From Isurus oxyrinchus (Eukaryota): a DNA stretch of 64,000 nucleotides. The translations under genes were made by a program, and so were the position numbers. The DNA lies in NCBI GenBank assembly GCA_026770705.1, contig JANJGN010000152.1, forward strand, positions 744,001 to 808,000, written 5' to 3'. Shown here piece after piece: positions 50,401-63,370 of the stretch. Within the stretch, counting starts at the first letter, position 1. Every line of letters starts with the position of its first letter. The notes beneath the pieces are model-generated. The model did not search any database and was not told where the DNA came from. It saw only the letters and a program-made list of their open reading frames with translations.

Positions 50401-53309
50401 AATTGTAAATCTAACCAATTTGGAACTGTATAGAAGTGGCTCAGAGTGCCACACGCACACTGCACTGAAGGAGAGTGAACTGCACTGCACTTTATGTCCT
50501 GCAATCAATGCATTTTCAAATATTCCATGAATAAAGTGTATTCTTTGGGAAACTAACTGCACAGTTTCCAGCCTTGTTGCCGCATGGTACAGGAGTTGAT
50601 GTTTATCTCAATGTGTGCGTTTGTGTACAGCCCAAAGGACACAGAGTCCTGCATCATGCAGCCCACTCGGGCTGAAAGAAAGGAGCCACTGCATGTCTGT
50701 CCAGATCAGCCTCGCTAAGGCACCAAGCAGCATTTCACCTGTCCCCATTTTCCATCAGATCGCAGACCAAACGCACTTTAATTCTTTCCCTCCCCCTCCC
50801 TCACCTTCATGTGCTAAAGGATTTCAATATCTCTGAACGTTTTAAACGCCTGGACCATTGACTGCTCAGCACTAAGTTCACTGCCATGAACCAGGCAGCC
50901 TGGCCCCGGTGTCATTGGCACCGGTAAGGTCTGAAGCGCAAAGAGCTGGACTGAGTCATAGTTTTCCAGTGGACTCAAGAGATGGTCCTGTAAAGCTGAA
51001 TGGAAATAGTCAATGCAGTGAGCAACAGACACAGCGGGGAGAAAGTGTTGAAGTTTGAACTTGATGGAATGTTAGTATAAAGCAGCAGATGATGGAACAG
51101 TCTACCTACTTCAGTCCGGCATAAAATGAGCTACAGAATGAATGTCTGATCCCCAACTGCTCCCTCCTTTAGTTCCAAGTTGCAGATTCTCAGCTCCATA
51201 GTTCCTGAGGTGTGAGACTGATGTGGAGGGTGGGGGAAGAGAGAGAGAGTGGTGGGAGACAACCCTGCACTGAATCATTTACCTGCTGTTTTCCAACCCC
51301 CAAGTCAAACAAAAATTTCGGTTGTTCTGTGCCACACCTGGGGTAGGTGTGCCTCAGGTGGAGGTAGCTGAAAGCTGGTTGGATGGCGGTAGGGGGGGAC
51401 GGGGGGGGGGGGTATAATTTTGGAGATGCGGAAAGCTTCACTGACAGGCATGGGAGGTATAAGAGGTTTGGAGAATCAATGTGTCTTTCGCTAGGCCACG
51501 CGGCTTTGGGCGAGCATCAATGCCTGAATCTGGTTTCTCTGTCTGTCTTTGTGTGTGTGTATGCGTGTGTGTGTGTGTGTGTGTCTGTGTTCCAGCTCTG
51601 ATATTTTAAACCACCCCCCACCCAGCCCAAACCCGTTGCCCAGGGTCTCTCTCCTCGCCATGGGAAGGGAGGCAGAAGGAGTGTGAGGGTCCGTCAAGGG
51701 AATACAGAACATACCTATGGAATGGTGAGTATGAAACTCGCTAATTTCTCTCCTAATCTTTCTTTGCCTAACTTTCTGTGTCTGATTTTCCATATCCTCC
51801 TTCTCTGTGCCCAGCTCTCTCACTCTCTTTTCTACACCCTTTTCCCCTCTCTCTCTGATTCTCCATACTCTTCTCTCTTTCTCTCTCTTTGTGTATGATT
51901 CCCTATATCGGCCCTCTCTTATCATCTCATTCTTTTCTCTTTGTGTCTCCATCCCTGCCCCCACCCCGACCTCTCTATCGCCTTAAATTTGTATGTTTCC
52001 TGCCGTCTCTTTCTCTTCCCCCTTTTTCTCCTCTCTTTCGAATTTCCTCACCGTGACTGTATGAGCCTCTATCTAGTTTTCTCTTTATCTCGCTCTTTTT
52101 CTCTTTCACTCTTTCTCGATCTTGCATTCTCTCTATATATGCCTTTCGCTTTTTTCTCTATCTCTCCTTTACTCTCTTTTTTTTACCCGTTTCTCTTTCT
52201 CTCTTTCTTTCTGACATTTCCCTCTGGCTCCCTCTAGCTCTCTATCTTATCTATCTTTCTCCTTCGTGTATTTATAGCGCATTTCAGAAGGACACAATAT
52301 CCCAAAGATCCTCACAGCCAATCAACTGTTGTAATATATGATACTTGGCGGTGAATACACAAACAACAAGATTCCACACACAGCAAAGTCATAACGGCCA
52401 GGTGATTTCTTCTTAGGCGTGTTGCAAAAGAACTTAAGAATTAAGAAGATAAGTAATAGGAGCACGAGCAGCCATTTGGCGCTTAAGTCTGCTCGGCCAG
52501 TCAGTTAGATGGTTGATCTGACTGTGTTTTAACTCCACTCTCCTACATGTCAGCCATAACAGGAGATTATCTGGTGGATCAAAAATCTGTCTCACCCAGC
52601 CTTGAACATATTTACATGAAGCCTTATCCAATGTATTCGGGTTTCCCAAAACAATTCTGGTGATTGGGCAATTTAGTGATTGGGTAAGACATTTGAACTA
52701 ACTTGTGAAGAAACCACTTATTGGATTCAGATGCATTTCGTAACTTGCCTTACTCCTGTTTCTAGCACCGTTCGTTATATGCACTTAATTCTTGTTTAAA
52801 TCTCTAATTTCCAGGATGCAGAGAAATGCACTTTTTAATTTTAATTTAGCGTTTTCTTGAGGAGAATCTGCCACAGAGCGCTGTGTGCAATGTCCGGATC
52901 ACGCAACAGACTCCATCCATTCCCGAGAGTGGAACCCGCCCCTCCATGAGGGAATCACCTACATGTGTTGCATTGAACCATTGATGTTAATTGATTTAAA
53001 ACGAATCTGTTCCCTGCTGGGAATTCCTGTAATGGAAAACAGGCGTGTTTTCATTGTGAAACTGAACATTTGAAGTGAAATTGTCGACCACACAAAGAGC
53101 TCATCAAGTCACCAAAACTGGACTAAAGTGTTTTAGACATAAAGAAGATGAACTAGAGAATTTTCCATAACTTTAATTAAAGGTAGTAGACTGAGAAGGA
53201 AGGGGAGAGGATGCAATGATGATTTTGAGATGTAATAATCATGTGTTGTAATGGCTCAGGAAGTTTTCTTCATCCTCCGGATGTGGGCGTTACTGGCCAG
53301 CCGACTTGA

Positions 53310-53690
53310 TTTCCAATTTTATTTCTATTTTCCTCGCCAGTTGGTTTTGTTTTGCGTTTCTGATGTGCCCTTATTCCATTTTCTTTGCTTTTTGAATCCT
53401 ACTTTTCAGAAACCTGCCATTCACACATCCTGTGGACACATTTTCTGTTTCTTTACATGTCCAGTTACTGCACGTTTGGTCCTGAACCATGAACATTTTT
53501 CTTATTTAATCTCTTCTCCCTGCACCCCATCACAGTTCGTTCGTCCCTTCTGTTCTTCTCTCCCTGCCCTTCATTTCCAAGTAAAAGCGTCCTAGTTCTG
53601 ATGAAAGGTCACTGTCCCAGAACATTAAATATATTGTTGTTATTCTCAGATTCTGCCCGACCTACTGAGTATTTCCTTCCCCTTTTCTTT
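53310..53690 (+). mobile_element. Degenerate Penelope-type terminal fragment
   Basis: TTCTGATGAAAGGTCA..CTGCCCGACCTACTGAGTATTTCC. Confidence 0.55.
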
Positions 53691-53919
53691 ATATTTGTGT
53701 CCCATCTCTGTTTGCCCTGCCACAACGCACAACTTTCTCTCATTTGTCAAAGCTTTAAAGAGCCAATCACATTTCTCTGGGATTGGAGTCGTAATTCGAG
53801 GACAAATAATGAGGACAAATAATGACACCTCATCACCGAGTCCTGCAGAATGAATTAATATCCACTTCCATTTATCCCATCAGGCTGGGATTATGTCTCA
53901 GTGCCAAATCTGCCCAATT

Positions 53920-54217
53920 TCAGTACTTAATTGTCACCTCATCTCCTACAAATCACATTGATGTAACCGGCTCTTGTGAGATGGAGTCTGCACCCTGAAT
54001 TTCTGCAGATATTTAGGTATAAAGAAAGTTAATATCTTATTTTATTGTCATTTTATGATAACTAGCAGCATAATGTAACAGATCACAATGAAGGTAGAGG
54101 GAAACATCATTAAATTAATGTCAACGAGTCCTGCAAGAGGAGGATTGTCTAACTTATAGATTTACCGGGTAAGAGAGCTGCAGCTGTGAGAAATGAATAA
54201 AAAGCAAAAGCCAACAT
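53920..54217 (-). pseudogene. Truncated TCR V (V14), V3 family
   Basis: Leader 54217-54166 (MLAFAFYSFLTAAALLP). Exon from 54002: IQGADSISQEPVTSM*FVGDEVTIKY*, then lost. Confidence 0.85.
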
Positions 54218-54781
54218 CTTTGCCCCGAATTGGTAGTGGGTTGAAACAGAACGGACTGAATCTGTAATTGAGCACTTAAAGATATTCATTTATATCCGGT
54301 CTCCCCAGCGATTCGTCCATTCCTTAAAGAGTCATCAAGTGACGTCCAATCAGCTCCACGAGCCTTTGTCCTCCAATTCATCCAATCAGCTCACAGGTCC
54401 ATTGCTCTCCAGTTAGTTGCGTCAGAGAGGAGTGCAACGGATCAGTGAAGTTATTATTCCTCCAGCGGGGATCGAGATGAGGATTCAACTAAACGTTGGC
54501 CCTTTCATAGGGCTCAGTGTGTGAGGAGTTGGCAATGAAGGGAAATGATTAATGTTGTCCTTGTATGAATGCCGCAGGCTGCATTAAAGGTGCTGCTTAC
54601 TGACCATGGGAAACATCCACAGCTGATATTAAGATGAAGGCTCCAGAGAATGACAGAGGGCCTGCAACGTAGCAATGTGCCATTCAGCCATACTAGTCTT
54701 TAATTTGGTTTCGGTTCTATTACCAGTTAACAATCCAGGCCACAGAATTGATTCTGAGACGGTAGATGAGGGCGCCTTCTC

Positions 54782-55103
54782 GCGTTTTTTACACTTTGAC
54801 TGTGGCTCTGTAACAGCATGGGGCTCTGTGCTCAGTGATACGCGGCACAGTCAGGGACAAGGGTTAAATGGGCAGGTTTCTTCTTTTTATCCAAATCAGG
54901 AGAAAACCTTTCTGAGAAAACTGGAGAATTATGTCCTTACCCATTACCAAAACTCTTCAGTAAAAATCTCGGAACACCACCGGGATATTTGATATATCAG
55001 TCGAGTTTGCTGGTGGATGTGGCGTAACTACAGATCGGCGTCTGTCTTCCTTGAACCATTAATTCAGGAGGATCCTGAGACACTGAATCTTGGGCACTCG
55101 TTC
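54782..55103 (-). pseudogene. TCR V pseudogene (V15), paralog of V2
   Basis: TSAQDSVSQDPPELMVQGRQTPICSY..*YIKYPGGVPRFLLK..ERFS; degenerate RSS, heptamer CATGCTG at 54820-54814. Confidence 0.8.
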
Positions 55104-56599
55104 CTGTAACAAAAACACAAAGTTTGTCGAAATTCTGGGAGTAAATAAGCTCATGAATAATAGCTCGAATGCTATTATCAGAAAGAGACATGGGAGCACG
55201 TAATATCTGGTTTTGAATATGATAGAGAATCGCAGAATGTTTTAAATTTACTGACCATTCTTTCTGATATTAAAGACAGAAGGGATTCCACTTATTGTGT
55301 GAATGCGGGATTTTGGTTTGGCTTGTCTCTCTATCCCTCTGACTTTCTTTCTTTCATTTGTTCTTTCTTTCTTTCTTTCTGTCTTTCTTTCTGTCTTTCT
55401 CTCTCACGCTTTCACCACCCCCCTCTCTGTTTCTCTCTCTCTGTCTGTCTCCCTCCTCCACCCCCAATCCCCCCTGTAACACGTGAAGTGGAAAATAATC
55501 AAAATCATTCCACAGACAATGGGTTGCATGACTAATCTTAGCCGAAAGTGAATGAGGGACATAATTAAGCGATCATGACTCTGCAATGGTGAGGGGTCTT
55601 TTCAAAATTTGACCTGAAGTGTCAAGCCAGGAGATGGGGGCTCTGGTATTCATTCAGAAATCTACATATTTTTACTAAAACCGGGGGCGGGAATATCTGA
55701 ACTTGACCCTAACTTAAAATGATCGAGAAATTTAAATTTTCTTAAGACTGACAGCGATGATTCAAACTGGACAAACCTGCTTGGATCAGGATGTATTTTC
55801 TCATTCATTTCCTTTATAATTTCCTGGGGAAGCATCTGATTTGATTTCTTGATTCGACTGGGGCACTGAATGCCCGTTACTTTTCTCTGAAAATGAAAAG
55901 TGGCCACACAATGTGTTAGGCGAAGTAACGGAAACAGGGTGGTCATCAGAGATAGATCTGGGAAATTATACAAAATGGTGGAATATTGTAGCAATGTCCC
56001 AATCTCACTGACCAGACATCAGGACAATAACTAAAGCCAAAATCCCACTTCCATCGTCCTAGCCTGAGCTGCAGAATGATATATTTTGATCAATGGTACA
56101 TAATGGTTGTGGGCGTGGGGTGGGGTGGGGTGTGTATGCAGGGGGCAGTGGGTCGTGTGGCGAGGAGAGGGGCGGTGGGTTGCAGAAATTAAAAACAGCA
56201 GCGAGGCTACAGAAGGCCGGTGGGAATCTCTTCAACATTTAGATCTCTCTGAAAAAGCATATCATGTTGCAGGGGAATCAGGAAGCGCCCTCAGCTGCGC
56301 AGTACAAACCTCACCTAGAACACTGGACATCCGCACAGTCACATACCGATGAACACACAGCTGTACACACACACCCCCGAACCCCACAACCCCCCCAACC
56401 CCCTCACACACACACACACAACACACTTGCATGCTTACAGATAGCCACAGTAGATCACCACACAAGATGCTGCTCATTTTTTATTAGATAAATTGCGGAA
56501 ATTGTCAGAGTACAATATATTCCATGCCACCTCGAGGGATTCAATTATTGTGTTGGTGTTTTCACTGCAGCAGATCAATCTCAAAGTCAGAAGGTGCAT

Positions 56600-57190
56600 T
56601 TTTTATTATTCATTGACATGATGTGGGCTTCGCTGGCTGGGCCAGCATTTATTGCCCTTCCCTAGTTGCCTTTGAGAAGGAGGTGTGGAGCTGCCTTCTT
56701 CAACTGCTGCATTCCATCTGGCGTAGATACAACCACAGTCCTGTTAGGAAGGAAGTTCCAACATTTTACCCCAGCGGCAGTGAAGAAACGGAGATTTAAT
56801 TCCAAATCAGGATGATGATTGAGAGCAACTTGGAGGGCAACATCCAGGTGGTGGTGTTCCCGAATATTTGCTGGCCTTGTCCTTCTAGGTGGTAGTAGTC
56901 GTGGCTTTGGAAGGTGCTGTCGAAGGACCCTAGGTGAATTCCTGCAGTGCATCTTTAGATGATACGCACCGCTGCTACTGTGTGTCTGTGGTGGAAGGAG
57001 TGAATTTTTGTGGATGTGGTGCCAAGCAAGTGGGCTGTTTTGTCCTGGATGGTGAAAAGCTCATTGAGTGTTGTGGGAGCTGCACTCATCCAGGCCAGTG
57101 GGGAGTATTCCATCACATTCCTGACTTGTGCCTTGTAGATCATGGACCGGCTTTGGGGAGTCAGGAGGTGAGCTGCTTGTCGCCCGATTC
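56600..57190 (-). mobile_element. CR1-type LINE 3' end
   Basis: IYKAQVRNVMEYSPLAW motif; tail as at 18985-19320. Confidence 0.88.
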
Positions 57191-59695
57191 TGGCGTATAC
57201 TGACGGATGAGAAAGCGTTCGGCCCAACTAAATTCTCGTTACCCTTACTCTCTGCCCCTAATTTCCATCTGATCATCCATTATCAGGTTAAAAGATTACC
57301 TCCAATTTAATTCGTCTTTATAGAAAACACCAAACCCCTACAATGCCCTCTAGCTATACAGAGGTAATTCCATATTTGTGGACTCTGTCACTCTGTGTGA
57401 AAACTGGTCCAATTGTCGTTCACTCTTTGTGCGATAACAGTCCAAAAAGACTATTTAGGTTTTTTCTCCCGACTCACAGACTTCAAGCTGAAGCACTAAA
57501 CTCCTGGGTCACCTCTGCACTACCGCCAAACTTCAATGATATCATTCTTACTTGGCTGATATAACTAAAGACGTTTCATTAAGGAATTCCTCTGACGTGT
57601 GCCCTTGTTGGCTCGATGTTAAACACCCAAAATGTTGTTCACTTCTCCAATGCATTATTTGCCCATGTGGGGCACGAGTTCAAACGAATGCACCAAACAT
57701 GCTGGGCCACATTATTAAAGTTGGGAGATCCAGACGTTGAAAGGTCCGCTTATGGATGGACAGCCAGCAGGTGAATTGCCAGCGATGCCCAAACCCTAGA
57801 GCGCATGCTTTATCTTTTGTTAATAATACTTCATTTTTATGGTTTAGTGTCACTTCAAATAAAATACATAAAAATACAACGTCCACAATCTTTACCATTA
57901 TGTAGAAAATGTCCCTTCCACGCTAAAATAAATTTTTTAAAAATTCATGGGCTAAATACCGGGTTTGATGATAAAAGCAAAATACTGCGGATGCTGGAAA
58001 TCTGAAACAAAACAGGTGGTGGAAACAGAGTCTTTGGATATTTTTAAGGCTCTTGCTAAGCAAGGGGTTGAAAGGTTATGGGGTACGAAGAAGAAACATT
58101 TACTTTAATGGGCAAAGGAGGAGAAAAAATTCAGAACCCAGATGCAGAAAGTGTGGAACAAGCTGCAGATAAAGAGTTAAAGAATCACATTAATCAACAG
58201 GGGCATGGATTGTTAAACTCAGAATCAAGAATAAAGCTGGACAGATCATTGCTGAGGACGCAGTTCAAACTCTTGGGTCAGTTTTGTGACTCTTCTTTCG
58301 TTTGGTGTCAACCTGAAATACAATGTGTGGGATGAACTGTGCACGATGTTGCCGGATGAGAGACGATCATCCTGAGCAGAAACTTGAGCAGCTGGAGATC
58401 TTTTCACCAGAACACAGAAGGTTAAGAAGTAGAATGACAGAACTGTACCCAATCAGGAAAGGTTTGGAAAAGGTTAAAAAGAGAGAGTGAACGGGTGGGT
58501 AACTCGATGGCATCATTGAAGTTTACCATTATTCTAGTGGAGGAGAGAGTAGACCGTTTTCGTATTTTGAGAAGTGGAATGTTAGAGGATGTGATGGTTC
58601 ATGAGAAACAGCGATGAAAACAAAATGTACAAGTAATTTAGAAGACAAATAGGTCAACATTTGACCAGTAAAAATATTTTTCTTAAAGGCACAATATACG
58701 GGCAGCAGACACATGATTCACAGTAAGTGTATAACACTACGTGACAGCCAGCACACATGGATAGTGAACTTCCTCTCCTTCTGTTGTAAGATGACTAATG
58801 CCTCTTCTCATTTGTAAAGACAACAGAGCACAGGCATTATGAAACACTATAACCTGGTGCAACATGCAGGAAGCAGAGAGGTTCGGAAGCAGTGGCTTTT
58901 CAAGTGGCCTACGTTTTGAGAAACTGCCAATCGCTGGGTGGCACCAGGAATAACGTCATATAGCGACATCCCATAATTGTCCAACCGGTGAGAATATCGC
59001 CCATCAGTCTCACATTCAAAAAGAGAATGTAATGCTCTCCCCTCTCCACCTCCCCACCCCCCCCTCCCCCCATTGAGAGTCCTGGATTCGGCAACAAGTC
59101 GCAGTCTGGAAATCAGACCCTGATTGAATCTGCCCTTTGTCCATCTTCATCGTCATGAACAGAAACTCCTGCAAAGACCTGATTCCAGTTGGAGCCCTAT
59201 TGCTGTTGATATTGTGTGAGTTTATTTATCTCATCAGAGGTATTGTTTTTAACCAATCTGTCGGTACCCCGTGGTGGTTCAGTGGTTTTTCTTTTGTTCA
59301 CAGCCGTTTGGTGTGAGGATCAGAGCTCCCACCCTGAGTAGGTGGAGTCATGGGAAGATCAAAGGGTTGAACTGGACTGGCGGCTCTACGTTGGCTCAGA
59401 TGAAGAGCATCAAAAATATTAAATTGAATTTCCGATATTTGTTTGTTCAAAGTAAAGAGATAAACAGTGAAATAACTCTGCCTCTCTGAGACCAAGATAG
59501 TAGATATCCGTGAGAAAGATTCATAAACGATGAGATACATAGATATGCAAATAGATAGATAGATCGGAATGTAGAGATGCAGATAAATAAATAGATAGAG
59601 AGAGATCAATAGACAGACTAGTAGATTCTGCCAACATCCGCAAGTGCTTTATCCACTCTTGTGTCATTAAGCTAATGTTATTCATGCCTTCGCAG

Positions 59696-60013
59696 TTGTT
59701 CCTAGTCACTGGAAGACATTTCAGATATCGATGTTTTGGGAAACTGTTGGACAAACCATTTTGCTTCATCACAATGTTACATTCACGAAAAATGATATTG
59801 TATTCTGGTAATGGCAATTCTCCAATCAAGCTCCCGAGTATCTCGTTTCCACTTACAGCAATGAAAGAGTTGAGGGAAAGTTTAAAATAGGGGTGGACCG
59901 TGAGAAAAGCTCCATCACTCTCACTGTTGACACGGTTCAGCTGTCAGACGCTGCGTGTATTACAGTACAGAGAGGCATGGTGAAATAAGGGGAGGAGGAG
60001 CTGTACAATAATT
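59696..60013 (+). pseudogene. Degenerate TCR V pseudogene (V16), paralog of V13
   Basis: GQTILLHHN..VFW*WQFSNQAPEYL..RVEGKFKIGVD..ITLTVDTVQLSDAA/YYS; RSS CATGGTG(59976)-22 bp-ACAATAATT. Confidence 0.8.
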
Positions 60014-60548
60014 CACTCAACATGGGGACTGAGGAGAAAACAAGCCCATGGGCTTTAGAAGTAAGTGTGATGGAAGTGAAATCGGTAAACGGAAAATGCA
60101 AAGTTGATCATACGAAGAAATTACTGCCGTAAAATTTCACTTTTTCATTCCTAATCGTAGAAAAATACTCTGATACATTCGCTTATTGAAATTTGGTTGA
60201 CATTCCTGTTTTATGATTAGGGGGCTTAGAAGCATTCCATTCTTTAGAAATTTACAATCCAACCTCATAACTTGTGGGTTTATGAATTTATTAATGAGAA
60301 CCTCATCTATGTGTGCAAATGACATGCACTGTACTAATGACGTAGGCATGTTAGAAAACAGACAAATAATCTTGCAACTAATATGAAATAGCACATATAG
60401 CAAAAGCAAAAGAATGAATAAAGGCATCAGGTGCAGTAATAATAAAATCTGAGCAAAAAAAATAATAAGATGCCATAATAATTATCCACCAATATCATGC
60501 AGCAATATTCGAGAATAAGTTGAGAATCGTTGTTTCAAAGACAGGGTT

Positions 60549-60563
60549 CCACTAGATGGCGCT
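60549..60563 (+). promoter_or_regulatory. CTCF motif
   Basis: CCACTAGATGGCGCT. Confidence 0.7.
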
Positions 60564-61969
60564 TCAAATCCTTTTATCTGTCCAAAAGTGACAGAGCCGT
60601 CAGTTCACCGCTGTCACAGGTGACCGCTGGGCATTACAGGAAATATATTGATGACACTTCACCGCAAACGATAGTGTATTTAGGGCAAGAGCCTATGTAT
60701 GAATTACGCATGGAAGAAGGTCTTCGTGAGCACTGGCAGCGTCCATACTTTTGGGTCAGAAGCTTCAGGTTCAAGTCTCAATTCAGGACATTATGGCCAC
60801 AGAAAGTCAGTTCCTAACGTGGTCAAAAAGGTTGCTTATCAGTCTGTAAATGCTTCCAATATGCTTGATGGTAGGTGACAAGAGAGGAGAGATTTTTGGT
60901 CAGTAATACTGCAGAAAGCAACGACAAACAACTGCAGTACCTTGCAAACATAATCATAGCCCAATTCAATGTAAGTCCATGGTCATCAACGGCCTCCTAA
61001 GGTATGGCAGTTGAAGGAGGAGGGGGATGGCACAGAGGACTTAGAGGATGAACACTATGAATCATTGTATTCCAATGTCACTGGGTTGTCTGAATAAGCA
61101 GGTTGGCACAATGCTTAGCAGGTTTGCTCAATGCGCCTTAGAGTAAGAGGTGTCCATCAGCTCGTTACCAAATGTTCTGGTTACTATTTTCTGCAATTTG
61201 AAATGATCTGGAAAACACCTGGCCTCACAAATTCCTTTGCTCCCGGATCAGAGTGACAACCTATCCTGGCAGAGAATTAAACATTCCCGTTTACCTTTGT
61301 GGAAATAATGTTTCCAATATCGCAACAGTGAGTGCACTGGAAACGTACTTCCTGAGGTTGGAAAGGCTTCTGGAAATCCTGAGTTGGAAAAGCGTGACAT
61401 CAGGAAAAGTCTTTCTTTCTCTTGTTGAGTGACATTTGGTTCCAGGGGTTAAGCTTATCGTTTCCTGTTTCCATGGGGACCAGTAAAGTTTATTTTTCAG
61501 TTTTCTTTTCTTTATTTCAATCCGTTTTTCCTGGATTGAGTTGATGAACAGTCACCACCTCCTGCAGTTTCCCAGATTCTGAGGCCGATTTGTTCAGAGA
61601 TACTTTCTGCTCAATTGGACATCGGCAGCCTGTCAGTAAGGACAACCCGGGAACTTACCGAGGAGGCCCCCATGGAAACTGACCTCCTGTTCTGGGAGAA
61701 AAGGTGACCGAGGCGCCAATTGACGGCTGCCCAGCTGCCTGCCATTAGGTCACTCACATCTAGGAAAGCTTTGCACTCATCTATTGTCCATTTTATATGT
61801 ATTATTAAAAGATACAGATGTCTAAGAATTAACCATACAGGGGTTAACCTGAGAGCTCTACTTGTCAGGCGAAGTTCTGTTCTCATCATTATTGCCCCTG
61901 AAACAAAAGTTTCAGTCTTCCATTCCCATCCCCCACCGACACCTTCCCTCCTCCCCCACCAAGGTCTTG

Positions 61970-62280
61970 AGCCCCAGGATCAATGCTGTTACCCCAGTGC
62001 CGCCCTCAGGGAATGGTGCAGTCAGAGGTACCGGGTTTCAAATGAGATGTTCAATCGATGGCACTGTTCGCCCTCTCAGCATCATAGATCGCACAGCCAC
62101 TTTCTCGAGGACAGGAGAGGAATTGCCCCGGTCAGTCATCATTACTGAAAGAGGTCGGCCATTTATTGAAGTCTTTTACTGGGCAAGAATTGGCTGCTGC
62201 CTTCTCTACATTATGTTATAACAGTGACTGTGAAACATTTTGGAACATGAAGAAAAGAATCATATAAATATTGTATTATC
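61970..62280 (+). mobile_element. Deu-domain SINE, degenerate
   Basis: Similar to the reverse complement of 42950-43370. Confidence 0.6.
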
Positions 62281-62448
62281 TTTTGCTAATATGCCCGCAT
62301 TAAGATTGTTTCATGATAACATTATTAAGAATAAAACTATAAATTAGAAATAAATATATAAATGTCACTACGATTTAAGTAAGTAGTTCAGACTCACCTC
62401 GATCACAATGCTTGTGCCTTGCTCCGTAATGTTGAGTGTCGTTCTGAC

Positions 62449-62899
62449 AGTTTTCGTATAGGTTCAGCCCTGCTCTGTGTGTCTGTGGGGTACAGCGTGC
62501 AGTGATACACCGCAGAGCCTGACAATTCTGTTTTAGACACTTTCATTGAGCTCCGCTGAAAAACGGTCTCCGGGGAATCTCTCTGTGTTAGCCATGTATC
62601 TGCTTCTCTTCAGTAGATACTCTGGGAATCCGCTGGGATACTGACGATACCAGAATAGATAAGGATTGATGCTGCTTGTAGCTGTATAATTACAGAGCAG
62701 CTGAACATCGTCTCCTTCACTCACTGTGACTGCAGCCGGTGTCTGTGAAACAGAGCCTCCTCCACAATGTCCTATAAGAGCCAAGAGCGATATTCAATTA
62801 AACGATGTCACTTCACTATGTCTATGCCCCAAAATCGGCCTGTCACCCGGAACCTGAGAAATAAATCATGGCAGCTAAATAGAAATATATTTCCTGCAG
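62449..62899 (-). pseudogene. TCR V pseudogene (V17)
   Basis: Leader 62899-62854 with CTG start. Exon 62771-62488: SVSQTP..VQLLCNY..YLFWYRQYP, FR3 deletion/frameshift, SAVYHC. RSS CACAGAC-23 bp-ACGAAAACT. Confidence 0.9.
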
Positions 62900-63318
62900 C
62901 TCAGGTGCTGTAAAGGGAAGGTGCTTGGATCGATTCAATAAAACGTTCCTGAGTGAACATTGAGATCAGTTCCTCAACGTCATCTCCGGTGATTTGAAGG
63001 GAAAACTGGGAACAGTCGGAGGGTTTCGTTCGAACTCTTGTATCTGCCAAAGTCTCTCAAGCGCACAAGTGGAGTCTAGGATCCCAGCCCAACTCCTCTG
63101 CTCTCAATCACTCCGGGAATTTCGCCTACTTCTCCCAAGACAGTGTTCCGTGTTGGTACGAGGTGGATCGGGGCGATTTTTCACATTTTGGATCAATCTA
63201 TTCCCCGCCCCACCCCCACCCCCCCGCCCCCCCCCCCCCTGTGTAGACTGAACTACCCAATTAAATGTAATGGTAGGACGGGATGTAAAACGCAGAGTTT
63301 CGCAATTTGTGAACCTAT

Positions 63319-63370
63319 CAACTAAAAGAGCTGCCGCTGTGAAGAATAAGTTCAAAGCAACGGGCGACAT
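63319..63370 (-). pseudogene. Orphan V leader exon of the V3 family (V18)
   Basis: MSPVALNLFFTAAALLV, 52 nt, donor GT>AT; upstream resembles the V11/V14 promoters; no V exon found. Confidence 0.7.

Noticed and set aside
58246-58452. ORF with a signal-peptide-like start
   Set aside because: TTG start, no Ig motifs and no splice structure
2429-63370. IgH-like V (TAILV) or NAR-TCR V segments; D, J or C segments
   Set aside because: No WVRQ-type IgH frameworks, no 12-RSS and no C exons seen
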